DNA of 64,000 bases. Source: a virus. Location of the stretch: positions 32,001 through 96,000 of IMG/VR virus record IMGVR_UViG_3300032224_000723; one strand, 5' to 3'. The notes beneath the pieces were generated by a model. That model was given only the letters and a program-made list of their open reading frames with translations. It was not told where the DNA came from and made no database searches. Below, piece by piece: positions 29,645 through 39,742 of the stretch; the first letter of the stretch is position 1, and each line of letters begins with the position of its first letter. Both the position numbers and the translations under genes were made by a program.

Positions 29645-30736
29645 ATGATAATCTGGTTCAACTGTAAAATAACTGACGTACGACTAAATCCACAGAGTAT
29701 TGTACGATACAATCTACGCAACGATAGCCGTTTTGATGTAGCAAAATATAGCTTTGCTAGTTTTGCTCCGTTGGAACCCTTGACTACTAAATTTATTTTT
29801 AATTTAGAAATGGCCGACGGATATGAAGGCCGGGAAGAAGAAATGGCTACTTGGCTTAAAGGAATTTTTCCTGAGGAAAAACTAAGTCTACATTGGCACC
29901 GTTGCAATAATATTGCACAATGGCGTGAAGTCAAAGCAGAAATGGATGAGTTAGATGACGATTTAATTTTCCCTGCAGGCAATGAAGACCATATTTTCTT
30001 AGATGACAATATTGATATATTCCGTGAAGGTTTAGAATTAATTGCTAAAGATCCTGACCCATACGCTGTTCTAATGACCAGCCATTATCCAGAAAGTATT
30101 AGAGCTGTTTCTTACTTTAACGGACAACCAGCCAGTTATAATTACTTAACTTATAACATGGAAAACAACGATGCCATTAGAGTTATGAAAAAAGAATACT
30201 TTGAATGGTACTTGGATCAAGCTACTAATCCAGATCAATTTATTTTTAGAACTGAGCATTGGAACAACATTAGAATCCTACGCAATAAACTATACATCCC
30301 CACTAAAGAGCAGTTTAGACACTTTGACGGATATCATCACGTACAAGTAGGACCAGACGTTTGCCCTCCATTGGAAATCCCCGCAGGATTCTTTGAAGGC
30401 ATGACCATACGCTATGGATTTGATGATAGGCAAGCAGATGCAGTGAATATTAATCCCCAAGCCAAAGATTTATATACTGTTGATCCCGACAGGGGCACGG
30501 ACTATAGATTTACTCTTGACACACTGCCTGCATTTTGGAAGCCTTACATCAAACAAGTTGTCTGCGCAGACAACATTGATGAAGAAAAAATGAATCAAGC
30601 CTATGATACATACTTGTTGGAATTGACTAGGATTGACATTAATTGGCATCATGTGGGTGCAGTGTTTGACGATTCAAATTGGCCACCCGCACAGTGGCTC
30701 AACAACCACACCAAAGCCTACGTATTTGAAGAATAA
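29645..30736 (+). CDS. Hypothetical protein, possibly glycosyltransferase-like
   Basis: Long ORF; NEDHIFLD acidic motif. Confidence 0.5.
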   Translation: MIIWFNCKITDVRLNPQSIVRYNLRNDSRFDVAKYSFASFAPLEPLTTKFIFNLEMADGYEGREEEMATWLKGIFPEEKLSLHWHRCNNIAQWREVKAEMDELDDDLIFPAGNEDHIFLDDNIDIFREGLELIAKDPDPYAVLMTSHYPESIRAVSYFNGQPASYNYLTYNMENNDAIRVMKKEYFEWYLDQATNPDQFIFRTEHWNNIRILRNKLYIPTKEQFRHFDGYHHVQVGPDVCPPLEIPAGFFEGMTIRYGFDDRQADAVNINPQAKDLYTVDPDRGTDYRFTLDTLPAFWKPYIKQVVCADNIDEEKMNQAYDTYLLELTRIDINWHHVGAVFDDSNWPPAQWLNNHTKAYVFEE

Positions 30737-30741
30737 TACAG

Positions 30742-30770
30742 TTGCTTTTGTTTGGTATTTCACGTATAAT
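30742..30770 (+). promoter_or_regulatory. Sigma70-type promoter of the replication operon
   Basis: TTGCTT-N17-TATAAT followed by AGGAG RBS. Confidence 0.6.
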
Positions 30771-30789
30771 AACTTTTTAGGAGATAACT

Positions 30790-31056
30790 ATGACTGACTA
30801 TAATCGCAGTTTTAATGGCGATGCCAAAATTAAACTCACACAACTAATCAACGAAGGCATGCAAGTTCTTCAAGAAGTTGAAGACTTGAATGCAGGCCTT
30901 AATGAAACAATTAAAGCAGTGGCAGAAGAACTTGAAATCAAACCTGCTACACTTAAAAAAGCAGTTAAGATTGCACACAAAGCCAAACTTGGCGAAACTA
31001 ATCGCGACCACGATGAACTAAACACTATTTTGGAAACAGTGGGCAAAACTCTTTGA
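30790..31056 (+). CDS. Small helical dsDNA-binding protein (T4 DsbA/GapR-like)
   Basis: Size and KAVAEELEIKPATLKKAVKIA pattern; upstream of polymerase. Confidence 0.55.
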   Translation: MTDYNRSFNGDAKIKLTQLINEGMQVLQEVEDLNAGLNETIKAVAEELEIKPATLKKAVKIAHKAKLGETNRDHDELNTILETVGKTL

Positions 31057-31343
31057 ACGATATATTAAATGGTGTCTTTAACTGGATCAGAGAAGATTAC
31101 AAAAGCAATAGAATTCGTTTTTGTCTTGAGGTCCTTGCTTGGGCTATTTCTATTGGCTGTAGTATCACTATGGCACTCACCGTTCCAACACCACCTCTCC
31201 TCTATATGTACCCAGTGTGGATCACTGGTTGTGCTATATATGCTGGGTGTGCTTATAGTCGGCGTTCCTTTGGTATGCTTGCTAATTACATTCTTCTTAC
31301 CACAATCGACACAATCGGATTAATAAGGATGCTTATTGCATGA
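31053..31343 (+). CDS. Small 3-TM membrane protein
   Basis: Hydrophobic segments; overlaps both neighbours. Confidence 0.6.
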   Translation: MNDILNGVFNWIREDYKSNRIRFCLEVLAWAISIGCSITMALTVPTPPLLYMYPVWITGCAIYAGCAYSRRSFGMLANYILLTTIDTIGLIRMLIA

Positions 31344-34003
31344 GTTATGTTGACGCACTATTTGATAGGCAAAAGGATCGAATTCACGTGGTAGAACGTG
31401 TTAATGGTGAACGTGTATACACAGAGTATCCTGTTAATTATATTTTTTATTATGATGACCCCAAGGGAAAACATCGTACTATCTATGGTACACCAGTAAC
31501 TAGATTTGCTACACGCAGTGGTAAAGAGTTTCAAAAAGAACTAAGACTACAAAACGGCAAACGCATATGGGAAAGTGATTTCAAGCCTGTATTCCGTTGT
31601 CTCGAAGAAAACTATTTAGGTGCAGAACCTCCTAAACTACACACAGCATTCTTTGACATTGAAGCCAACTTTGATCCCGAACGTGGCTTTGCACCTACTA
31701 ACGACCCATTTAATAACATCACTGCTATCAGTGTGTACTTGGACTGGCTAGACAAACTAATTACACTGGCTATCCCACCTAAGTCAATGAGCTGGGAAAC
31801 AGCAGAAGAAATCTGTGCTAAGTTTGAAAACTGTTTTATCTTCGAACGTGAAGAAGATATGCTAGATACATTCTTAAACCTAATAGATGATGCAGATATT
31901 ATAACTGGCTGGAACAGTGAAGGCTATGACATTCCCTATACAGTTGGTCGTATTACTCGTGTGCTGAGTAAAGACGACACACGTCGTATGTGTTTGTGGG
32001 GACAATTTCCCAAGCAAAGAGAATTTGAACGCTTTGGTGCAACCAATACAACATTTGATTTGATTGGTCGTGTGCATATGGACTATATGCAACTATATCG
32101 CAAATACACATATGAAGAACGCCATAGCTATAGTTTAGATGCTATTGGCGAATACGAACTTGATGAACGTAAAACACCTTATGAAGGTACGTTGGACCAG
32201 TTGTATAACAAAGACTTTGAAAAGTTTATTGTTTACAACAGACAAGATACTCGCTTGATAGCGAAACTGGATAAGAAACTTCGTTTCTTAGATTTGGCAA
32301 ATACCATTGCTCACGATAACACAGTGTTATTGCAGACAACAATGGGTGCCGTAGCAACTACTGAACAGGCAATTATCAATGAAGCACACAGTCAAGGATT
32401 GGTCGTACCTAACAGAAAAGGACGAGAGGAAGAAGTCGAATCGCAGGCAGCAGGTGCCTATGTTGCTTATCCCAAAAAAGGTATGCACAAATACATCGGA
32501 GCAATTGACATCAACTCGCTCTATCCCTCGGCTATTCGAGCCCTTAACATGGGACCAGAAACAATCATAGGACAACTACGTCCCATAATGACAGACAAAC
32601 TAATTGCAGAACGCATGTCAGCGGGATCTAGCTTTGCGGCTGCTTGGGAAGGTTTGTTTGGGTCATTGGAGTATGAAGCTATGATGGCTGGAGAAGTAGG
32701 CACAGAGTTAACTATAGACTGGGAAGCAGATGGCACCAGTGATGTATGCAGTGCCGCAGATGTATGGCGAATTATCTTTGACAGCAACAAACCATGGACT
32801 GTCAGCGCCAATGGTACAATCTTTACTTATGAAAAGAAAGGTATCATTCCTGGCTTGCTGGAACGTTGGTATGCTGAACGTAAGGAAATGCAAAAGAAGT
32901 TAAAGGAAAGCACAACACCCGAGGATCAAGAGTACTGGGATAAACGACAGCTGGTTAAGAAAATTAACTTGAACAGTTTGTATGGTGCTATTTTGAATCC
33001 AGGATGTCGCTTCTTTGATCACAGGATTGGACAAAGTACAACACTAACAGGACGTACTATTGCTAAACACATGGATGCTTTTGTTAATGAAGCAATCACT
33101 GGCAAGTATGATCACGTAGGTGATGCAATTATCTATGGTGACACCGACTCTGTGTACTTCAGTGCTTGGCCCATTGTTCAAGCAGATGTAGAAGCTGGGC
33201 GCATGGAATGGAACAAAGATGTTTGTATTCAAGTCTATAACAGCATTGCGGATCAAGTCAATGAATCGTTTCCTGCATTCATGGAACGTGCTTGTCATTG
33301 CCCCAGAGTCAATGGAGCAATTATCAAAGGCGGACGTGAACTGATTGCTACCAAAGGCTTGTTTATTAAAAAGAAACGCTATGCTGTACTGATCTTTGAC
33401 AAAGAGGGTAAGCGCAAAGATGTTAAAGGCAAACCTGGTGATGTAAAGGCCATGGGCTTGGACTTGAAGCGCAGTGATACTCCTAAGATTGTACAGGACT
33501 TCTTAAGTGAGATTTTGTTAGAAGTACTAACTGATGCCAAACGTGAAGATGTTATTGAGAAAATCAAAGAATTTAAAATTAAATTTCAAGAGCGGCCTGC
33601 TTGGGAAAAGGGTACACCCAAGCGTGTCAACAACTTGACCAAATACACAGCAGAAGAATCTAGACTGGGCAAAGCCAATATGCCAGGTCATGTACGTGCG
33701 GCAATGAATTGGAATAACTTGCGTAAGATGCATGGTGATAACTACAGCCTAGCTATTGTTGATGGTATGAAAACGATTGTTTGTAAACTAAAACAAAATC
33801 CTCTGGGTTATACATCCGTAGGCTACCCCACAGACGAAAGTCATATTCCAACTTGGTTTAAAGATTTACCATTTGATGATGGTATAATGGAAGAAACCAT
33901 TGTAGATCAAAAGGTAGAAAACTTGTTGGGTGTTCTAGACTGGAACATTGCTGAGAACACTAACATCAACAGCACATTTGATAGTTTGTTTAGTTTTGAA
34001 TAA
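31340..34003 (+). CDS. Family B DNA polymerase (T4 gp43-like)
   Basis: Exo DIE, GWNSEGYD, YNRQD; pol DINSLYPS, KxxxNSLYG, YGDTDS, KKRY. Confidence 0.97.
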   Translation: MSYVDALFDRQKDRIHVVERVNGERVYTEYPVNYIFYYDDPKGKHRTIYGTPVTRFATRSGKEFQKELRLQNGKRIWESDFKPVFRCLEENYLGAEPPKLHTAFFDIEANFDPERGFAPTNDPFNNITAISVYLDWLDKLITLAIPPKSMSWETAEEICAKFENCFIFEREEDMLDTFLNLIDDADIITGWNSEGYDIPYTVGRITRVLSKDDTRRMCLWGQFPKQREFERFGATNTTFDLIGRVHMDYMQLYRKYTYEERHSYSLDAIGEYELDERKTPYEGTLDQLYNKDFEKFIVYNRQDTRLIAKLDKKLRFLDLANTIAHDNTVLLQTTMGAVATTEQAIINEAHSQGLVVPNRKGREEEVESQAAGAYVAYPKKGMHKYIGAIDINSLYPSAIRALNMGPETIIGQLRPIMTDKLIAERMSAGSSFAAAWEGLFGSLEYEAMMAGEVGTELTIDWEADGTSDVCSAADVWRIIFDSNKPWTVSANGTIFTYEKKGIIPGLLERWYAERKEMQKKLKESTTPEDQEYWDKRQLVKKINLNSLYGAILNPGCRFFDHRIGQSTTLTGRTIAKHMDAFVNEAITGKYDHVGDAIIYGDTDSVYFSAWPIVQADVEAGRMEWNKDVCIQVYNSIADQVNESFPAFMERACHCPRVNGAIIKGGRELIATKGLFIKKKRYAVLIFDKEGKRKDVKGKPGDVKAMGLDLKRSDTPKIVQDFLSEILLEVLTDAKREDVIEKIKEFKIKFQERPAWEKGTPKRVNNLTKYTAEESRLGKANMPGHVRAAMNWNNLRKMHGDNYSLAIVDGMKTIVCKLKQNPLGYTSVGYPTDESHIPTWFKDLPFDDGIMEETIVDQKVENLLGVLDWNIAENTNINSTFDSLFSFE

Positions 34004-35105
34004 AATTATACCGCTAATTAAGATCAATAACCCCGTCTATGCTGAAAGGAATCCTCTCAGCGAAAGTGATGTTGCAGACGATCACAAGTGGAACTATAAG
34101 CAAAGGTCAATGAACTTTGGCAAGGATTTAAATTTAAAAGGTCAGTATTGTTATCATCCGTTTAATACTATCACCATTGATAAATTTGGTGATGTTTACA
34201 CATGTATATGCCAAGCATGGTTGCCTGTTAGTATGGGCAAAATAACAGACTTTAATTCTTTCGAAGAAATTGTACAAAGTGTTCGAGCCCGAGAAATACA
34301 AGCCAGTATATTAGATGGAACTTACAAATATTGCGATGAAAATAGTTGTACTATTATTAAAGACGATCAATTGTCAAATAGCATAAGTCACAGAGTTGAT
34401 GTTATTGATTGGATTAATTTTGCATTAGATGATAGCTGTAATTTAACTTGTCCCAGTTGTCGAACTGAATTTAAATTTGTCAGTGAAGGCACTGAATACG
34501 ATTTAAGAATCAAAATAGTCAATCACTTAATTAAGTTAATAGAAAACTATGATTATAAACTTAAATTTACTTTAAGTGGAGATGGCGATCCGTTTGCTAG
34601 TTTGATATATCGACATTTTTTAACTAATTTAGAATTGACTAATAATAAAAATATTGAAATAGAAATAGTAACTAATGGTGTATTGGTAAAAGATCATTGG
34701 CATAAAATGGCCGGAGTCTACAACAACATTGTTAGATTTAAGGTTAGTTTTGATGCAGGCACTAAACAAGTATACGAAAAAATACGTCGTGGCGGGAGTT
34801 GGGAAAAACTTTTAGACAGTGCAAAATATATTGTAGATTGGAAAAAATCTAACAATTCAAAGTTAACTTTGGCTTCGAATTTTGTAGTACAAAATGATAA
34901 CTATACAGATATTCCTGCTTATGTAGAATTATGTGATGGGTTAGGGTTTGACGAAATAAACTTTCAAAAAATTGACAACTGGGGAACTTTTAAAAACTTT
35001 AAAGAACACGCAATATGGCAAGTTGATCACCCTAATCACCAAGATTTTTTAATACATCTGCAAAAAATAAATCTAAATAAAAAAGTAAATCTAAATAATT
35101 TATAA
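33996..35105 (+). CDS. Radical SAM protein with N-terminal SPASM/twitch domain
   Basis: CNLTCPSC, GDGDPF, TNG; N-terminal CYHP..C.C...C. Confidence 0.85.
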   Translation: MNKIIPLIKINNPVYAERNPLSESDVADDHKWNYKQRSMNFGKDLNLKGQYCYHPFNTITIDKFGDVYTCICQAWLPVSMGKITDFNSFEEIVQSVRAREIQASILDGTYKYCDENSCTIIKDDQLSNSISHRVDVIDWINFALDDSCNLTCPSCRTEFKFVSEGTEYDLRIKIVNHLIKLIENYDYKLKFTLSGDGDPFASLIYRHFLTNLELTNNKNIEIEIVTNGVLVKDHWHKMAGVYNNIVRFKVSFDAGTKQVYEKIRRGGSWEKLLDSAKYIVDWKKSNNSKLTLASNFVVQNDNYTDIPAYVELCDGLGFDEINFQKIDNWGTFKNFKEHAIWQVDHPNHQDFLIHLQKINLNKKVNLNNL

Positions 35106-36091
35106 TGCAAATTAGTCAATTAATCAGCCTTAGGCACAAATTAGAAAAGTTGTTAGCGTTGTCTAATAGTGAGTTGTTGGACGTAGTAACTAAAGTGGTA
35201 TTTGACGTCGATGTAATAAGTAAGTCGATTTCTTTATTTCCGTTTACTGATCAAATTGATGCTAACATAATAGATGTAATCGACAATATATCAGCTATTA
35301 AATCTAATACAAATAACATTGATCATCTCATCCCCAAAGCTATAAAAGAAATTGACTTAGAAATTACCAAACTAGCAAAACCATATTATCAGAGTGGTTA
35401 CATTGTAAACGATGCTCCAGCACCAATGCCTGTTACTACAGATAATGAGTATCTTGTAAGAATATTACCTATTGATGATGGATCTAGGAATATGATAATA
35501 AATGTAGTCAGGGGCTACACTGACTGGCAGTATCCTACACTAGAGATTGGTCCTGGCAACGGGGATTGGACTGAGCATTTAATTGCAGGCGATCCTTTGT
35601 ATATTGCCGATACACGTCAAGTATATATTGATGCTACTTTAAGTAGGTTCAACGACATTTATAGAAGAAGAATGCGGCCTTATATTGTTAAAGAGGGCCT
35701 TGGGGAAAATTACGCAAACTTATCTGAATTACCACAAAATCAGTTTGGATTTGTTTTTGCATGGAATGTTTTTAACTATTTTCCTTTAGTTGAAATGACT
35801 TCTTATTTGCGCGAATCGTTTAAGGTACTGAGACCTGGTGGTGTAATGATGTTTAGTTACAACAACTGTGACATGCCCATTTGTGCATACAATGTAGAAG
35901 TTGGATATAAAAGTTGGATGACAAAAAATTTATTAATCGACACTTGCACAAACTTAGGATTTGAAATTATCAATACTCAGTCAGTAGCCGGTGCAGAAGA
36001 AGTTCATTGGATTGAAATTAAAAAACCTGGCAAACTAAGAACGGTAAAAGCACATCAAGCATTAGGTAAAATTTTACCCATTGGCTCTTGA
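35105..36091 (+). CDS. Class I SAM-dependent methyltransferase with N-terminal helical region
   Basis: LEIGPGNG, VLRPGG. Confidence 0.8.
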   Translation: MQISQLISLRHKLEKLLALSNSELLDVVTKVVFDVDVISKSISLFPFTDQIDANIIDVIDNISAIKSNTNNIDHLIPKAIKEIDLEITKLAKPYYQSGYIVNDAPAPMPVTTDNEYLVRILPIDDGSRNMIINVVRGYTDWQYPTLEIGPGNGDWTEHLIAGDPLYIADTRQVYIDATLSRFNDIYRRRMRPYIVKEGLGENYANLSELPQNQFGFVFAWNVFNYFPLVEMTSYLRESFKVLRPGGVMMFSYNNCDMPICAYNVEVGYKSWMTKNLLIDTCTNLGFEIINTQSVAGAEEVHWIEIKKPGKLRTVKAHQALGKILPIGS

Positions 36092-36116
36092 AAAACCTAA
36101 ATAAAACATGTATAAT
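36088..36116 (+). promoter_or_regulatory. Overlapping early (sigma70) and late promoters for the clamp gene
   Basis: TTGAAA-N17-TATAAT with TAAATA at 36098-36103 in the spacer. Confidence 0.55.
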
Positions 36117-36136
36117 ACAATATCATTGGAGAAAAT

Positions 36137-36880
36137 ATGAAAGATCATTTACAGGACATCGTACAACATACTCATGGACTTGGGGTCATTGACCTTGTTA
36201 AAATCACAGGCACTGAACAGGAAACTACTTTAGAAGCCATCGACCAAGTAAATCGCACGGTTATCGTTAAAGCTAAATTTAATGGTGTTGTGTCTGACTT
36301 TATTGGCACATTTGGTATGCCTAATTTGGGTAAACTAAACACAATTCTTAACATTCCAGAATACAAGGAAGATGCTAAGATTACAGTAACACAACGAGCC
36401 AATGCCACCGGCGTTAACGAGCCCGACGGCATTCACTTTGAGAATAAAGTAGGCGACTTTAAAAACGATTATCGTTTAATGGGTTCTGGTATTGTTGAAG
36501 CACAACTAAAAACTAGCCGCATGGTTAAAGAAATTAAGTGGAGTGTTGAATTCCAGCCCAGCGCAGTTAGCATTCAGCGTTTAAAATTCCAAGCCAGTGC
36601 CAACAGCGAAGAAACAAATTTTGTTGCTAAAACAGAAAATGGAGACTTAAAGTTTTTCTTCGGTGACCATAGCAGTCATGCTGGTGATTTTGTTTTCCAC
36701 GCAGGTGTTAACGGGACATTGAGTAAAGCATACCGTTGGCCTGTTAGTGTTGTTATCAGCATTTTGAGCTTGCCTGGTGACAAGACATTTAAGATCAGTG
36801 GTGATGACGGTTTAATTGAAATTGCCGTCAACAGTGGTATTGCTGAATATCGTTATTTGTTACCTGCGCAGACAAAATAA
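36137..36880 (+). CDS. Putative DNA polymerase sliding clamp (gp45-like)
   Basis: 247 aa, alternating beta/alpha pattern, YLLP C-terminus, near polymerase. Confidence 0.65.
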   Translation: MKDHLQDIVQHTHGLGVIDLVKITGTEQETTLEAIDQVNRTVIVKAKFNGVVSDFIGTFGMPNLGKLNTILNIPEYKEDAKITVTQRANATGVNEPDGIHFENKVGDFKNDYRLMGSGIVEAQLKTSRMVKEIKWSVEFQPSAVSIQRLKFQASANSEETNFVAKTENGDLKFFFGDHSSHAGDFVFHAGVNGTLSKAYRWPVSVVISILSLPGDKTFKISGDDGLIEIAVNSGIAEYRYLLPAQTK

Positions 36881-37572
36881 TGCCCAGGATACATGCTCCT
36901 CATTATGAGTATTGGATTCACAAAGGACATACATTTGGCCAATGTTTACATGGACCAGTTGGATCATCCGGATATTCTAATTACATACCAATACCTAAAT
37001 GTGGGAGCACCTGGGTTAATATCGTACTGTTTCATAGTTTAAATTGGCAAGTAGGTAACATCTATACAGATCCAGGTTTAGGTGAGCCTGGTGGGCTGGG
37101 GCTAAGCCACAATAGAAATTTAGTAGTATTGAGAGAACCTATTGAAAGATGGCTGTCAGGTATTGCTGAATACAGTTACAGATATCATGATCGAGATTTT
37201 ATAAACAATTTAAACAAACAAACATTAGATTTGATTTTTGATAGAGTAGCACTAGACGACCACACAGAAAAGCAAGTATACTACTGTCATGGATTACATC
37301 GATATCGGAGTTTATTTTTTCGTTGTGACTCGACATTAATTGAATTGTTTACGCAGTTCCTTACCAGTAACGGTGTAGACATAGATACCAGCAAAATACC
37401 GCCCGCTAATGTAACAGCAACAGATCAATATAAATTATCAATCAAAGAAACATTCCGTAATATCATAGAGAACGATATAAAATATAAAAACAAGTTAATA
37501 GATTATTTCAAAGCAGACTTTGATCTAATAGACAGCATAAATTTTTACCCACTAGACAATGAGAATAGATAA
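36880..37572 (+). CDS. Sulfotransferase family protein
   Basis: IPKCGST (5'-PSB), LREPIERWLS (3'-PB), H..Q, DF near C-terminus. Confidence 0.75.
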   Translation: MPRIHAPHYEYWIHKGHTFGQCLHGPVGSSGYSNYIPIPKCGSTWVNIVLFHSLNWQVGNIYTDPGLGEPGGLGLSHNRNLVVLREPIERWLSGIAEYSYRYHDRDFINNLNKQTLDLIFDRVALDDHTEKQVYYCHGLHRYRSLFFRCDSTLIELFTQFLTSNGVDIDTSKIPPANVTATDQYKLSIKETFRNIIENDIKYKNKLIDYFKADFDLIDSINFYPLDNENR

Positions 37573-39112
37573 CTTAACCAATAAACAAAGCGACTATGCA
37601 GTGTTCTTACCTGCACTAAGTAGCTTCTATGGCACTTACGTAGGCAAGCAACGACATGATCCTAATTTCATAGATAAAAACCGTATACCTGCAGACTTTG
37701 AAAACGGCATCGAAGGTATGAATTGGCTTAATGCAGATGCCGCATACTTTCCTTATAAGTGGACATTGTACAGTGCAGGGCATGCGAATCTAGATGTAAA
37801 CAAATTTGATGCCAAAGAAGATATGATTCGCAATCGCGACCCAAATACATTTATGTTGGGCGACAGCGGCGGATTTCAAATTGGTAAAGGTATATGGGAA
37901 GGCGATTGGAAGGATCCTAATTGTCCCAAGGCTGCTAAAAAACGAGCGCAAGTGCTGAGTTGGTTAGATGCATATTCAGATCGCGGAATGATCCTTGACA
38001 TTCCTGCGTGGGTCACACGCAGTCCTGCAGGCAGACGTGCTACTGGTATTACCACATATCAAGAAGCCGTAGATGCCACATACATCAACAATGAATACTT
38101 TATGAAGAATCGCACAGGTCGTTGCAAATTCTTAAATGTATTACAAGGCGACAATCATACTGATGCAGACGATTGGTATGACCGTATGAAGAAGTATTGT
38201 GATCCCAAACAGTATGCACAGCCTTTTGAAGGTTGGGCCATGGGAGGCCAAAATATGTGTGACATACATCTAGTGTTACGCAGACTAGTAGCACTACGTT
38301 TTGATGGATTGTTGGAATCTGGATTACATGATTGGATGCACTTTCTTGGTACAAGTAAATTAGAATGGGCTACATTGTTAACAGATATACAACGTGCAAT
38401 TCGCAAACATCACAATCCTACATTTACAATTAGCTTTGATTGTGCTAGCCCATTCCTTGCCACAGCCAATGGACAAATTTATTACGATGTGACCACTGAA
38501 GATAGAACTAAGTGGAGCTATCGTATGCAAGGTAGTGTAGATGATAAAAAATATGCCGCTGATACACGTAACTTTGGTGATGTATTGATGCAGGACAAAA
38601 TATTTGATTCGTTCTTACAAAGTCCTATTAGCGAGCGTATGCAAATCAAAGATGTTTGTGTGTACAAGCCTGGAGATCTAAATAAAATTGGTAAAGAAGG
38701 CAAAACATCATGGGATAGCTTTAGTTATGCATTGCAAATGGGCCATAATGTTTGGACACATATTCACGCAGTTCAGGAAGCAAATAGACAGTGTGATGCA
38801 GGTAAGTATCCAGAAATGTTAGTAGCAACAACTACAGACAAGAAAACATTCCGTCGTTACGATAGGAACTTTTTTAGAGATATTGTTGATGACATTTTTG
38901 CTACCAGTGACAGAGGCAAGGCTGAAGAACTAATTGAGCATTACAATAGATATTGGCTAAGTATTATTGGTACTCGAGGCGCAACAGGCAAAAAGACTTT
39001 TAACACCAGCACAGTGTTTAATGCATTGTTTGAACAAGATGCGCCCGAGGAACATCATATTGATGACAGCGGTTTAGATGAATCTAAATTAGACATTTTG
39101 GAGGCTGAATAA
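37559..39112 (+). CDS. TGT-fold DNA guanine transglycosylase (DpdA-like)
   Basis: DSGGFQ, ILDIP, VLQG, HFLG, SFD motifs; clustered with folE/queD/queE. Confidence 0.8.
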   Translation: MRIDNLTNKQSDYAVFLPALSSFYGTYVGKQRHDPNFIDKNRIPADFENGIEGMNWLNADAAYFPYKWTLYSAGHANLDVNKFDAKEDMIRNRDPNTFMLGDSGGFQIGKGIWEGDWKDPNCPKAAKKRAQVLSWLDAYSDRGMILDIPAWVTRSPAGRRATGITTYQEAVDATYINNEYFMKNRTGRCKFLNVLQGDNHTDADDWYDRMKKYCDPKQYAQPFEGWAMGGQNMCDIHLVLRRLVALRFDGLLESGLHDWMHFLGTSKLEWATLLTDIQRAIRKHHNPTFTISFDCASPFLATANGQIYYDVTTEDRTKWSYRMQGSVDDKKYAADTRNFGDVLMQDKIFDSFLQSPISERMQIKDVCVYKPGDLNKIGKEGKTSWDSFSYALQMGHNVWTHIHAVQEANRQCDAGKYPEMLVATTTDKKTFRRYDRNFFRDIVDDIFATSDRGKAEELIEHYNRYWLSIIGTRGATGKKTFNTSTVFNALFEQDAPEEHHIDDSGLDESKLDILEAE

Positions 39113-39113
39113 G

Positions 39114-39323
39114 ATGTATGAAAATAGAATTGCACATTTGAAAGAAAGTCATCGTGTATTGGATGAGAAAATTACTCTACACGAAAAGGAACACCCACAT
39201 TCTGAAAGCATGCTAGTGCAGGATTGGAAAAAGCAAAAGCTCATGCTCAAAGACGAAATACGAAAAATGGAACGTCTTCAATGGGAACATGATCACGAAA
39301 CTGTAGATCTTGACGATCATTGA
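39114..39323 (+). CDS. Small coiled-coil protein (YdcH/DUF465-like)
   Basis: H..LD..I and KKQKLMLKDEI. Confidence 0.7.
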   Translation: MYENRIAHLKESHRVLDEKITLHEKEHPHSESMLVQDWKKQKLMLKDEIRKMERLQWEHDHETVDLDDH

Positions 39324-39345
39324 CTGAATGTGCTATAATTAGCAC

Positions 39346-39462
39346 ATGACTTACATTGTAAATATAACAGGCGAGATTAGATTGCCTTACGAACCCGGCT
39401 TATTGGAATGGTTACAACAACGGTACCCATACAGTAAATATCATTTAGAAGAAAGCGAATAA
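39346..39462 (+). CDS. 38-aa hypothetical protein, probably leaderless
   Basis: Hand-translated MTYIVNITGEIRLPYEPGLLEWLQQRYPYSKYHLEESE; TGCTATAAT 7 nt upstream. Confidence 0.55.
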   Translation: MTYIVNITGEIRLPYEPGLLEWLQQRYPYSKYHLEESE

Positions 39463-39463
39463 C

Positions 39464-39742
39464 ATGACTGTAGAACAAGCAGGAAATTTTTTAATTGGAT
39501 CTATACTTGCAGGTTTGGGATTTTGTATAATTACCATTGCTATACTGGTGATTAATAACTTATTTCACAAATATTGGAAACCTGTTACTTGGGGAATTCT
39601 CCCCGAGTCAATGAGGGGGAACTATCGATTCCAACAACCACATGAATACGTAGAACCGCATGAGCCTGCTATGGGGCCGGTGTTGGATCCAAAAACTGGC
39701 AAACCTGTGGAACATCTATCAGACGACAAAGCTAAAAAATGA
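39464..39742 (+). CDS. Single-TM membrane protein
   Basis: N-terminal hydrophobic helix. Confidence 0.6.
   Translation: MTVEQAGNFLIGSILAGLGFCIITIAILVINNLFHKYWKPVTWGILPESMRGNYRFQQPHEYVEPHEPAMGPVLDPKTGKPVEHLSDDKAKK

Noticed and set aside
31340-34003. Intron or intein in the DNA polymerase
   Set aside because: Continuous 887-aa ORF with all motifs at normal spacing and no intein termini
37559-39112. Calling this gene a tRNA-guanine transglycosylase (tgt) for queuosine
   Set aside because: No C-terminal CxCxxC Zn site of bacterial Tgt, larger size and replisome context favour a DNA-acting DpdA
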